From positions 13,917-77,916 of the forward strand of contig VRVR01000005.1 of NCBI GenBank assembly GCA_009859145.1: a stretch of 64,000 nucleotides of DNA, read 5' to 3'. Position numbers and translations under genes: made by a program. Within the stretch, counting starts at the first letter, position 1. Every line of letters starts with the position of its first letter. This stretch comes from Andalucia godoyi And28 (taxonomy: Eukaryota; Protista; Jakobida). The notes under the pieces were generated by a model. It was not told the DNA's origin. It searched no databases and saw only the letters and a program-made list of their open reading frames with translations. Below, one piece after another: positions 22,587-31,640 of this stretch.

Positions 22587-22610
22587 CATCATCATCATCA
22601 TCATCATCAT
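22553..22610. repeat. Compound (ATT)n(CAT)n microsatellite
   Basis: Direct reading; lies just 3' of the oxygenase stop codon. Confidence 0.9.
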
Positions 22611-22642
22611 CTTTATCTTCTGTCTGCTCGCGGACAAGATGG

Positions 22643-23641
22643 TTACTCGTTCTTTTTCTTCATGATTCCAATTTCAACGAGTCTTTGGACGAGGAAGTCG
22701 CCGGCGCTGATGATGGGTTGTGGGTTCGGCAAACAGTTCGCATACTGAGCAGGCATGAGAGAGCAGTCGAGCATCGCGTGCGGATGTGCATGCATGAAGA
22801 ATGGCATTGAGTATCGTTCTTTTCCAAGAGAAGCTCCTTGCGGGTTCACTACTCGGTGTGTCGTAGCCGGATAGAGTCCTCCAGTAAGGCGGTTCATCAT
22901 GTCCCCGGTGTCAATGATCAGTTCATGTGGACCCTCGTCGACATCGATCCACTTGTTGTCCTCTTTGCGCAAAATCTGAAGCCCGCCTTCAGTCGCAGAC
23001 GGCAGCAGCGTGAGGAGGTTGATGTCCTCGTGTGCCGCAGCTCGCACCGCACCTTCGGCAACTGCCATCTGATGCTCATTGAGTGCTGGATAGTGGATCA
23101 GCCGCAAAATCGAGTTCCCATCCGTGGCGATCGGAACAAAAAAGTCATGCGGAAGCCCCAAATGCGCCGCAAGACACGAAAGAATCTCAAATCCACATTT
23201 TTCAAACGCAGAAAACAGCGCAACAAACTTGGCTCGAAAGTCGCCGACTTGTGCATCCGACGGCCAGTAATTAGGGCCATAGTTTGGGAACAGCGGATGC
23301 GAAGGAGACAGTTCCTGTCCCACATGGAAGAACTCTTTCAGATCCGAAATCTTTGCGTCCTTTGCCTTCTCCATGCCAAATGGAATGTATCCACGATTTC
23401 CATGGGCCTCCGTCTTGAACAGCTCCATCTTGGCCGCCGAGTCCAGTGCAAAAAACTGTCTCATCAGCTGATACCCTTCTGCAATCATCTCGCGGGACAC
23501 TCCATGGTTCACAAGACGTGCGAACCCAAGAGACCGGATCGCATTTCCAAGAGACGAAATGAACTCGGCACGCTGCTCAGCAGTCGCATTCGGTCCAATC
23601 ATTGCCATATCCAGAACAGGAACACTCGAATAATCCGCCAT
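22643..23641 (-). CDS. 2-oxoglutarate/Fe(II) oxygenase, isopenicillin-N-synthase-like family, bacterial-like (332 aa)
   Basis: GNRGYIPFG, DLKEFFHVG, GNSILRLIHYP, AAAHEDINLLTLL (HxD), TTHRVVNP (distal His), RYSMPFF (RxS). Confidence 0.92.
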   Translation of the reverse strand: MADYSSVPVLDMAMIGPNATAEQRAEFISSLGNAIRSLGFARLVNHGVSREMIAEGYQLMRQFFALDSAAKMELFKTEAHGNRGYIPFGMEKAKDAKISDLKEFFHVGQELSPSHPLFPNYGPNYWPSDAQVGDFRAKFVALFSAFEKCGFEILSCLAAHLGLPHDFFVPIATDGNSILRLIHYPALNEHQMAVAEGAVRAAAHEDINLLTLLPSATEGGLQILRKEDNKWIDVDEGPHELIIDTGDMMNRLTGGLYPATTHRVVNPQGASLGKERYSMPFFMHAHPHAMLDCSLMPAQYANCLPNPQPIISAGDFLVQRLVEIGIMKKKNE

Positions 23642-24358
23642 GTTTACTCTTCTTTTTCTTTTTTTTCTTTTCTTCCAGTTTGTGTTGTCCAACAATATAG
23701 TGTTTTCAAATGCAGGGACGAGGGGAAAAAAATTAGAAAGGGAAAAAGTAAAATAAACAGAAAGAAAAAAATTTAAAAAAGTAAAATAACAACCAACGTC
23801 GTTCAAGCAGGATTTCGCGGATTTCGATTTTTGGATGCGGAAGAAGAAAAAAATAGACTGCTTATTGTCCGATAAAGTGCCCGAAACACAAAGACATCGG
23901 AGAATAGGCTAACGTTCGACAGGAACCCAAAACTCACGAGCGGTTGAACTCTCCCGTCCATCAAACGCTTCCCTTCCCCTTTTGCTTTTCCAATCGGGAC
24001 CCGTCAAAACTCAAAGGCGTTCTTTGTTCCGATTGTCATCAACAACACGCTCGGATCGTCATCACTGTCGGGACTGCATCATCTTGGATTCTTATTTTTC
24101 CTGTTTTCATTCTTATGATCATAGTTAGTATAGTTATTCTTTTTCTTTCTTCTCAGTCTCCCTGCAGCACTCCGTTCCGTTCCATTTCGTAATTGATTAA
24201 AATAGATATCATTTGTTTATTGATTGTCTCCCCGTGCGTGTGTGTGCGTGTGTGTGCGTGTGTGTGCGTGTGTGTGCGTTTTGAAGTGTCTTTTCGTTTT
24301 TTTTCTTCCCAAGCGGTATTTTTCAGAGAAGAAGAATTTTGCGAGCTGCATTGGCGAG

Positions 24359-27300
24359 ATGAGTTATTCGGATGGTGGAAACACAGAGTCGTACGGAGGG
24401 AGCTCTCCGCGTCGAGATGCATCGGCGGGAGGAGACGCAGACTCGATGCGCCGGGCTGCAATAGAGAACAAGCGAAGAGAACTGCTGGCTCTCCAGCAGC
24501 AGCAGGCTCAATCTATGAATCAGTCTTCCAAAACAGGCGCACCTACGGGCACGGGTACACGAACACAGCGGGCATCTTCACAGTCGTCGAACGGGAGCGT
24601 TGCTTCGAGTGCTGCTGCGACGTCTTTGCAGACTTCTACAGTCTCGGATAGCTTCCGATATGAGCATGCATCGGCATCCGGCCCAATGAATGACCGCGCG
24701 CGAATCGAAAATGTAAAGCGGATGCTTGCAGAGCGACGCGCGCAGCTTGCAGCGTCTCATCCAACGCCGCAACACTCACAATCACAACCGCAGTTACACT
24801 CACAGGTGCAATCACCGCCAGCTCCGTTGCCTAACTACGGAAGCAGCTACGCAAGTGGTAACAACAATATCGCTCATGTGCATGGACATGGACATGGACA
24901 TGGACATGGACAAGGCGCGGAGGGTAATGCAGTCACGCACTCGCCGCCACCGATGCAGGTACTGAGTTCGCCACGAGGAAATGCGGGTCAGTACGGGCCA
25001 GTGTCGACGTCTCCCTATGTTTCTGCACACATGGTCGCGGTTACCCCGGTTGAGCACGGCGGCGGATTGCACGGACACGGCAGTGCACGGAGCCACAGTC
25101 CGAGAATTTGCGAGCACGTGGACGATGTGTACTCCCGACTTCATTCGCTTGGCGTTCAGACAAAGATGAGGAACGACAAGACTCGACGAATGGAACAGGA
25201 GAACGCAGAGGCAACGTACGTGCCAGTTGTTTCTAAACATGCGAGAGAGCTGAAGAGAAGCGGGTCGGTGGAAGATATTCTGCTGAAGAGGAAGGCGGAG
25301 TACAAGGCGCACATTGAGGAGCTGCGCCGAGACAAGACGAGACAAGAGTTGTCGGAGCTCAAGGCACCGGAAACAACGCCTCTCAGTAGAGAAATCCTAC
25401 TCACGGAGCCCGCGCACGAGAGATTATACAAATCAGGTCGTGAGTATGCTGCAAAGAAGGAGCTTGCTCGTGCACAGGCGCAGGAAAGAGAAATCCAGCA
25501 GATTTCACAGTCTCCGGCGATTAACCCCCTTTCTGCCAAGATCAAGCGGGGAGAAGGCGGAATATTTGCACATTGTATGGAATGGGAGGAGAAGCGTCGG
25601 CAGAAAGTCGACTCTCTGCGTTCTGAGCGGGATGATGAAGATGAACGGGAGGTCCAGCGAAAATGGAAGATGAACAACTCGGTCAGCAAGAGATTGATTG
25701 CGAACATGGAGCGGCGCGGGCCCGTCGAAGAGCGCCTGTTGATGGACCATTCTGTGCGCCAGCGTCGTCGAGAGGAAGCGCAAAAGCAGATGGAGGAACA
25801 GGCGTCCTTACTGGCAACGCCTGTCATTTCCACCCACTCCGCGAATCTCAACCGACCCGGAGATGTCGTGGAGAGGCTGTATCGCAGCGGTGCAAAGTCC
25901 GGAGTGAATGGCTCCGTAGATGACTCATTTTACAGTTATCATGCTGCAGATGCGTCTTTTCGCACAGCCAACACAAGCGGTCGCTCTGCAAGTGCGGAAC
26001 CTCGCCGACCGCTAAGCGCGGGTGGTGCGCAGCAAGATCCCGATGCGTCATTTCGTCCCTACATTCATCCGCGGTCGGCAGCTCTCGTTCGAGCGGAGCC
26101 CATTGAAGACGTGTTGCTGCGCGCAGGAGCGGAAGCGGAGATGAGGCGGATTAAAAAGACAGTGCAGTCTGTGCAGCAGCTGCGGTCGGAAGCCACGGTC
26201 CCGAAGATTGGACCATATTCGCAGCTGCTTGCCCAGCTGAAGGAGCAACGAGACCAGATGACTGCGTCCGAGCGGCTGCATCTCCCGACCGGAAATCTCA
26301 AGAAGCGCGCCAAACAAGAAATCCAAACTGTGGAGAGCAAATTCACGTTCAAGCCTGCGATCCCCGAGTCATCAAAGGTTCTGGATCAACGAGCAAACGG
26401 CGTCAGCGGAGGCGTCCTTTCTCGCAGAGAATTGCTCATGAAGAAACAGGCCCAAAGCGAACAAAAGAAGCGAATGATGGCAGAGCAAGTGACGCAAGAT
26501 GAATTGAAGGAATGCACGTTTTCGCCGAAAACTTCTCTCACGTCGGGCAATGCGCAGAATACAAGTAATACGAGCATCGCAAGCAATAAGAGTGCGGACG
26601 GAAAAGATAACAATAAGGAAAATCGTGCGGATTTCATGCAACGGAATATGGACTGGTTGCGGCAGTTGGAAGAACGTCGCCAGCGGCAGCGCGAGGTTCT
26701 TGAAGAACGTGAGCTGGAGGAATGCACATTCAAGCCCAAGACACTTGTGAATGGCGGTGCCTCACCGTCTCGTCGTGAGGAAGGTCAGATTGGCAAGCGG
26801 GAAGAGGACAATTTTCCTCCTGGGTCGGATGATGCGGAACTGGAAGAAGCCATTCGTCTGCTAAGTGGAGGTGCGACCGCTCCAGCGTCACGGGAGCAGT
26901 CGCACTCTCAGCAAGTGCACTCCTATTCGTCATTTTCGTCCGCCAATAGTAAGCAGCAGCAACAACAGCAGCAACAACAGCAGCAACAACAGCAGCAACT
27001 GCAGCAGCAGCAGCAACAACAACAACACTTGCAGAGAGTTTCTCAGCACAAGCAACAGAAACATGCAGCTCAAGCTCCCCGGCCGTCTTCCGCTCGTCAG
27101 CAAACGGCGGGGACACCGACCCAAGGAACGCGTCCCTCTTCTGCTCGATCCACTGCGCAGAGAACGCCTGCTTCGAGTGCGAAATCGAATTCTGTTGAGC
27201 GAAGGGACGGCGAGAAGCAAAGTGCTAGCAGAAATACGCCTGCTAATGGTTCTTCGCGCCGCGAGCAATCGGATCGATTGGAAAAGGCAGAGTACGATTC

Positions 27301-27442
27301 TGCCATGGAAGTCGCGGGTTCGCACGACATGGGAGATGTCGAAGATGAATATCGGGCCGTGCTTCAAGACGACAACATGGATACCGATGAATGGCTTCGC
27401 CAGGTCCTCGGTCTTGATGTTCCGTCTTCTACAATGTCATAA
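24359..27442 (+). CDS. Large low-complexity coiled-coil protein with recurring (EC)TFxP and ERLY motifs (1027 aa); probably cytoskeletal
   Basis: ELKECTFSPKT, ELEECTFKPKT, KFTFKPAI, ASFRPYI, HERLY, VERLY, ERLH; poly-Q tract. Confidence 0.7.
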   Translation: MSYSDGGNTESYGGSSPRRDASAGGDADSMRRAAIENKRRELLALQQQQAQSMNQSSKTGAPTGTGTRTQRASSQSSNGSVASSAAATSLQTSTVSDSFRYEHASASGPMNDRARIENVKRMLAERRAQLAASHPTPQHSQSQPQLHSQVQSPPAPLPNYGSSYASGNNNIAHVHGHGHGHGHGQGAEGNAVTHSPPPMQVLSSPRGNAGQYGPVSTSPYVSAHMVAVTPVEHGGGLHGHGSARSHSPRICEHVDDVYSRLHSLGVQTKMRNDKTRRMEQENAEATYVPVVSKHARELKRSGSVEDILLKRKAEYKAHIEELRRDKTRQELSELKAPETTPLSREILLTEPAHERLYKSGREYAAKKELARAQAQEREIQQISQSPAINPLSAKIKRGEGGIFAHCMEWEEKRRQKVDSLRSERDDEDEREVQRKWKMNNSVSKRLIANMERRGPVEERLLMDHSVRQRRREEAQKQMEEQASLLATPVISTHSANLNRPGDVVERLYRSGAKSGVNGSVDDSFYSYHAADASFRTANTSGRSASAEPRRPLSAGGAQQDPDASFRPYIHPRSAALVRAEPIEDVLLRAGAEAEMRRIKKTVQSVQQLRSEATVPKIGPYSQLLAQLKEQRDQMTASERLHLPTGNLKKRAKQEIQTVESKFTFKPAIPESSKVLDQRANGVSGGVLSRRELLMKKQAQSEQKKRMMAEQVTQDELKECTFSPKTSLTSGNAQNTSNTSIASNKSADGKDNNKENRADFMQRNMDWLRQLEERRQRQREVLEERELEECTFKPKTLVNGGASPSRREEGQIGKREEDNFPPGSDDAELEEAIRLLSGGATAPASREQSHSQQVHSYSSFSSANSKQQQQQQQQQQQQQQQLQQQQQQQQHLQRVSQHKQQKHAAQAPRPSSARQQTAGTPTQGTRPSSARSTAQRTPASSAKSNSVERRDGEKQSASRNTPANGSSRREQSDRLEKAEYDSAMEVAGSHDMGDVEDEYRAVLQDDNMDTDEWLRQVLGLDVPSSTMS

Positions 27443-27500
27443 GTTGCGTCTCTGTCTCGGTTGTCGTCTCTGTTGCCGTTTGTTGGTGCTTCTGCGTTTT

Positions 27501-28136
27501 TTAAAGATTCTTTTTATATTTTCCCTCCTTCACAGTATGTACAACAACTTGTCTTGTTAAAGAATGGTTCAAATTTTTGGAAAGCGTCGTCTTCCATATC
27601 ATCCAAGCCTGTCGGAACCACGGCGTGTACCGATCAGCAGAATCGCCCGAATGGCACAGTTCCGAATCCATCGTCGATACAGATTCCCAACGCAATGCGC
27701 TGACCTCGACGCCATCCAACTGAACAGGCCCATCATAAACAACTGCGAACAGCCCTTGGAACTCTCTGTCCCACACATTCTTGGCAACATCTCGAAACTC
27801 GAACAAGAAAGGATCGTGCGCTTCCTGGAGCGCATCCCCGGGGTTTTCCAAAACGACTGACAACTCCTCGGAGAGTCCTCGGATTGCTGCATCTCGATAA
27901 GATTCTCCCGGTTTCAGATGCTCAGCACACGACAAGTCCCATAAGCCCGGGCATACGTCTTTGCTGTCAGACCGTTTTTGAAGAAGGATCCGTTGTCTAT
28001 CAGCAGAAAACAAGAATACATTGACAGATCTGTGAAACAAGCCAGACTTGTGCACTTCGGACCGTCCAGAAATGCCTACAACGTTATTTGCTTCGTCCAC
28101 AATTTCAAAAAGTTCCTCTTCTTGCATCGGCTGCAT
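27501..28136 (-). CDS. Nudix hydrolase, IDI1/YfcD-like fold (about 211 aa)
   Basis: EVHKSGLFHRSVNVFLF, LLQKRSDSKDVCPGLWDLSCAEHLKPGESYRDAAIRGLSEEL (Nudix box variant). Confidence 0.88.
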   Translation of the reverse strand: MQPMQEEELFEIVDEANNVVGISGRSEVHKSGLFHRSVNVFLFSADRQRILLQKRSDSKDVCPGLWDLSCAEHLKPGESYRDAAIRGLSEELSVVLENPGDALQEAHDPFLFEFRDVAKNVWDREFQGLFAVVYDGPVQLDGVEVSALRWESVSTMDSELCHSGDSADRYTPWFRQAWMIWKTTLSKNLNHSLTRQVVVHTVKEGKYKKNL

Positions 28137-28416
28137 CCCCTGCCTTATAGACTTCTTTTTTTTTCTTTTTTTTTTGAGGGGTTGGGACTTGGAACGCAAG
28201 CAGCCAAAAAATGGTTCAGAGAAAAATGCGTGAGAGCCACGGACTCGAATGACCTCATGCTCCCGCCGAGTGCAACTCAGTCCTGGCCACTGTGCTCGAG
28301 CCTGGACGCGCACGCGTCACTGCACATGCGACCGGCGACGGGCAGCCAGTGTGCGGACGACGACGGATGGGCCAGCGGGGCTGGAATGCGGCAATGGGCG
28401 GCGCGATGCGTTTTTT

Positions 28417-31080
28417 TCAGAGACTGAAATCATCCAGATCGTCCAGAGGATCCTCTGAAGGCAGAGGTGCGCTGTGTGACGGACCGGCGGCGCGGATGTC
28501 GCCACTTGCAATAGTAATCCGGCTTTGTCGGTCAATCCGATCCTGAATAGTGAGACCGCTTTGAGGTCCGAGTGCGTGCTTGTCGAATTCGACCAATCTC
28601 CGTGGATTGGCAGACGACGACGACGATGATGATTTGGATGGGACCTCCAGCCGAACTCCAAGATGATCAAACACTCGAGCCTTTTGTTGTCGAAAATCTG
28701 CATCCGGGAAGTCAGAAAACGGTGCATGCACGTCCATGACAAGCCGGGAGCCGCCTGTTTCATCGGAAAGAGTTGATTGCTCCATTAGCAAAATGGCGAC
28801 AACGGCATCGTCAACATCGACGTGATCTCGAAAAGAGAGACGCGCATGGGCCTGGCTAAGCCGCACAAGACTTTCCAACATTCGGATGGTCGTTCGCGCA
28901 GCATCTCCGTCCCCAACGGAGTGCCCCATTTTTTGTCGCTGCATTTGATAATACTTGGATAGCAATTGCTGCGCTTCGTAGGAAAGCAACGGATTGAATC
29001 GGCTTTTGACGTAGCAGAGATACGCCTGCAGCTTTTCAAGCGGCCAAAGATCTTCTGCAACGATTTTCATCACCTTCAATCGTGAAACATTCGAGGACGA
29101 TGCGGCTGTGTCTGGAATTGGGACTGTGTCCTTTGACAAAATGAAAGCTGCGACATTTGCGTCCCATTCGGCATTCCTGGAATCCAAAAGAATCAAAACC
29201 AGGTCAAATCGCGATAGAAGCGGTGATGCAATGGCAGTATTGACAGACAAGGAAGCGGTAGGATCGTACTTTTGCTTTGGGTTGGTGGCACCGATGACAG
29301 TCGCTCTTGAGTTCAAAGAACACACCAAACCAGCTTTTGCAACAGATATTGTCTGTTGCTCCATTGCCTCGTGAATGGTAGCCCGGTCATGCTCACGAAT
29401 GCTTCCAAATTCATCGATGCAACAAACGCCACCATCTGCCAAAACAAGTGCGCCCGCCTCTAGCGCCCACTCTCCCGTTGTGGAATCACGGGCAGCAAGA
29501 ACGGTCAACCCAGCAGACGTGACACCAATTCCGGTGGTGAGGACAGAGCGAGAAGACACCTTGGCAGCAAACCGCAGGAATTGGGATTTTCCGCATCCGG
29601 GATCTCCGACCAGCAGCAGATGCGACTCCCCGCGAACACGAGTGCCAACGTGTCCTTTCCGTAGCTTCCCTGGATCGTGACCAAGTGGTCCGTCGCTGCA
29701 AATGTGCTCACTCGGAGCACCTCCGCCACCACCAAGAGGCACTCCGCCGATCAAGGACAGTGCAACTGCCAGCTTGACGGTACCCATGCCAAATATCTCT
29801 GGACAGATGCTGTTCAGTATACGGTTCCTTGCAGCAATCGGCGCATCCTTGTGGACGTGCCAGAATTCAATGAACTCCGCGACCTGCACATCCGTAACCG
29901 ACACCACGCTCTTTCTCTCGTTGCAGACTATGATGGAGTTTGCAAGCAGCACAATCTCCACGTCCATGCGATCTCCTTCTTTCAGCGCAGACTGCTGCCA
30001 TCGCCGAACAGGAACAGCAGTCACCACAATATCATCCCCGGCTTTGCATACGTCTACTAGGTCATCCAGTAAAACAACAGTGATGGAACGCGGAATGGAA
30101 CCCATTGTCAGCTGCGAAACCTGGTCCTGCACACGGATTTCCTGATAGTCGCAACCAACCGCAGAATCTATCCTTCCTGGCTCCCCACCTTCAATCGTCA
30201 CGCCATTGCTTCGGGGCTTCTTTGCGGTCCTCCCATCGGCTCCACGACCGGATGCACTCCCTCCCGCGCGATTCTCAGCCCCGAGTTCCTCAATGTCATT
30301 GTCTCCTTCCGCTGCGCCAAACTCGTTGGAAACCGAAAACATCGACTCGCTGTACAGACGAGTGCTTCCGTTTTGAATCAGCCTTTTCGCAACCTCGCCT
30401 GGCAAAATGTTAAATCGTGTGGAGGCACATTCGCTGCCCGACGGACAACTCAGCGGCTTCGGAATGGCAAAGCGCTGTTCGATGTCCGCCTTGACAGAAA
30501 ACACGTGGCCGCATTGCAAGCACTGGAACCACCTCTCCTTTTCCAGCATTCGTACCGCCCCGCTGCGAACCACAGTGGCATACAGCGTCATCAGGCCACC
30601 AACATCGCTGTTGCGAATCGTGGACACCGTTTTCTTCAGCGTCTCCGAGGAAATCACATTCTTGATAAATCGAACGTGGACATGCTCTTTGATTGTCTGA
30701 ATTTGAATGGTGTGAGCTCCAAACCAGTCGTTCTCGTCGCTCTCCTCCTCGTCGCAGTCTGCATCGTCCTCGTCCGCTGCTGCTACCGAATCCTGACTGC
30801 CCACTCCGTTCATGATATGCTGCTGTGCGACCTTGGCAGCCTTTTCAAAGATTGGAATCAGCTTTAGGGGATTCGCAATGACGGCAGCCCCCAGTTGTGC
30901 ATTGGAATCTAGAAGTTGGACCACGCTCACCTGAAGCGCGTAGTGCTTCGCAGCATCCAAAGCGTGAAGAATGGACTTGATTTGAGCGCGCAAAAACCGA
31001 GTGTGTGTAATGTGGATTATAAATGCTTCTAGAAACTCTTCGTCGTCCACAGAGTCAACATCATACGCACAGTACACCAT
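28417..31080 (-). CDS. MCM9: DNA helicase MCM9 (887 aa), intronless
   Basis: Zn finger CLQC..CPSGSEC, DYQEIRVQDQ, GESHLLLVGDPGCGKSQFLRFAA, CCIDEFGSIREHDRATIHEAMEQQTISVAKAG, LLSRFD, TTIRMLESLVRLSQAHARL. Confidence 0.93.
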   Translation of the reverse strand: MVYCAYDVDSVDDEEFLEAFIIHITHTRFLRAQIKSILHALDAAKHYALQVSVVQLLDSNAQLGAAVIANPLKLIPIFEKAAKVAQQHIMNGVGSQDSVAAADEDDADCDEEESDENDWFGAHTIQIQTIKEHVHVRFIKNVISSETLKKTVSTIRNSDVGGLMTLYATVVRSGAVRMLEKERWFQCLQCGHVFSVKADIEQRFAIPKPLSCPSGSECASTRFNILPGEVAKRLIQNGSTRLYSESMFSVSNEFGAAEGDNDIEELGAENRAGGSASGRGADGRTAKKPRSNGVTIEGGEPGRIDSAVGCDYQEIRVQDQVSQLTMGSIPRSITVVLLDDLVDVCKAGDDIVVTAVPVRRWQQSALKEGDRMDVEIVLLANSIIVCNERKSVVSVTDVQVAEFIEFWHVHKDAPIAARNRILNSICPEIFGMGTVKLAVALSLIGGVPLGGGGGAPSEHICSDGPLGHDPGKLRKGHVGTRVRGESHLLLVGDPGCGKSQFLRFAAKVSSRSVLTTGIGVTSAGLTVLAARDSTTGEWALEAGALVLADGGVCCIDEFGSIREHDRATIHEAMEQQTISVAKAGLVCSLNSRATVIGATNPKQKYDPTASLSVNTAIASPLLSRFDLVLILLDSRNAEWDANVAAFILSKDTVPIPDTAASSSNVSRLKVMKIVAEDLWPLEKLQAYLCYVKSRFNPLLSYEAQQLLSKYYQMQRQKMGHSVGDGDAARTTIRMLESLVRLSQAHARLSFRDHVDVDDAVVAILLMEQSTLSDETGGSRLVMDVHAPFSDFPDADFRQQKARVFDHLGVRLEVPSKSSSSSSSANPRRLVEFDKHALGPQSGLTIQDRIDRQSRITIASGDIRAAGPSHSAPLPSEDPLDDLDDFSL

Positions 31081-31181
31081 GATATCCACCAATCTTGGGG
31101 AAGGTCAAAGACAGAGAGAATTACAAACAAATAACCTTTGCAAACAACAAACCACACACTCACCCAATATCTATCAGTATA

Positions 31182-31187
<6 letters not shown>

Positions 31188-31242
<55 letters not shown>

Positions 31243-31247
31243 GTGTG

Positions 31248-31290
<43 letters not shown>

Positions 31291-31312
31291 GTGTGTGTGT
31301 GCGTGTGTGTGT
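31188..31312. repeat. (GT)n microsatellite with periodic GC interruptions
   Basis: Direct reading, upstream of MCM9. Confidence 0.95.
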
Positions 31313-31472
31313 AAAATATGCAAGAGAAGGAAGGCAAAGACAGACAGTGTAAAACCCCAAATGGCAGCTGGACTCCAAATTGGGAATGGCTTCCCGCCAA
31401 AATTCAGGTCGGCGGCATGCACGTGGAGCGCATGCATGATGGGACAATTGCACGGCTGAAAATGATGCTTTC

Positions 31473-31555
31473 GCACAGATGGCCGAGATGGTTAAGGCGG
31501 ACGACTTAAGATCGTCTCTCGAGAGAGACCCGGGGTTCGAGTCCCCGTCTGTGTA
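31473..31555 (+). tRNA. trnL-UAA: tRNA-Leu(UAA), intronless, long variable arm
   Basis: Acceptor GCACAGA/TCTGTGT+A; D arm TGGCCGAGATGGTTAAGGCG; anticodon arm GACGA-CT-TAA-GA-TCGTC; variable hairpin TCTCGAGAGA; T arm CGGGG-TTCGAGT-CCCCG; a long T run follows (Pol III terminator). Confidence 0.95.
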
Positions 31556-31640
31556 CGCTATTTTTTTTTTTTTTTATGCGTGCTTCATTTCTTTTTTACA
31601 ATCGTTGGCGAGCACGGTTTGGTTGTGGGGAGTCTAGGGT

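Noticed and set aside
22838-23776. 312-aa + strand ORF, and other long antisense ORFs (e.g. 3029-3796, 20992-21714, 42440-43138, 47797-48666)
   Set aside because: Shadows of well-supported genes on the opposite strand or frame; no family motifs
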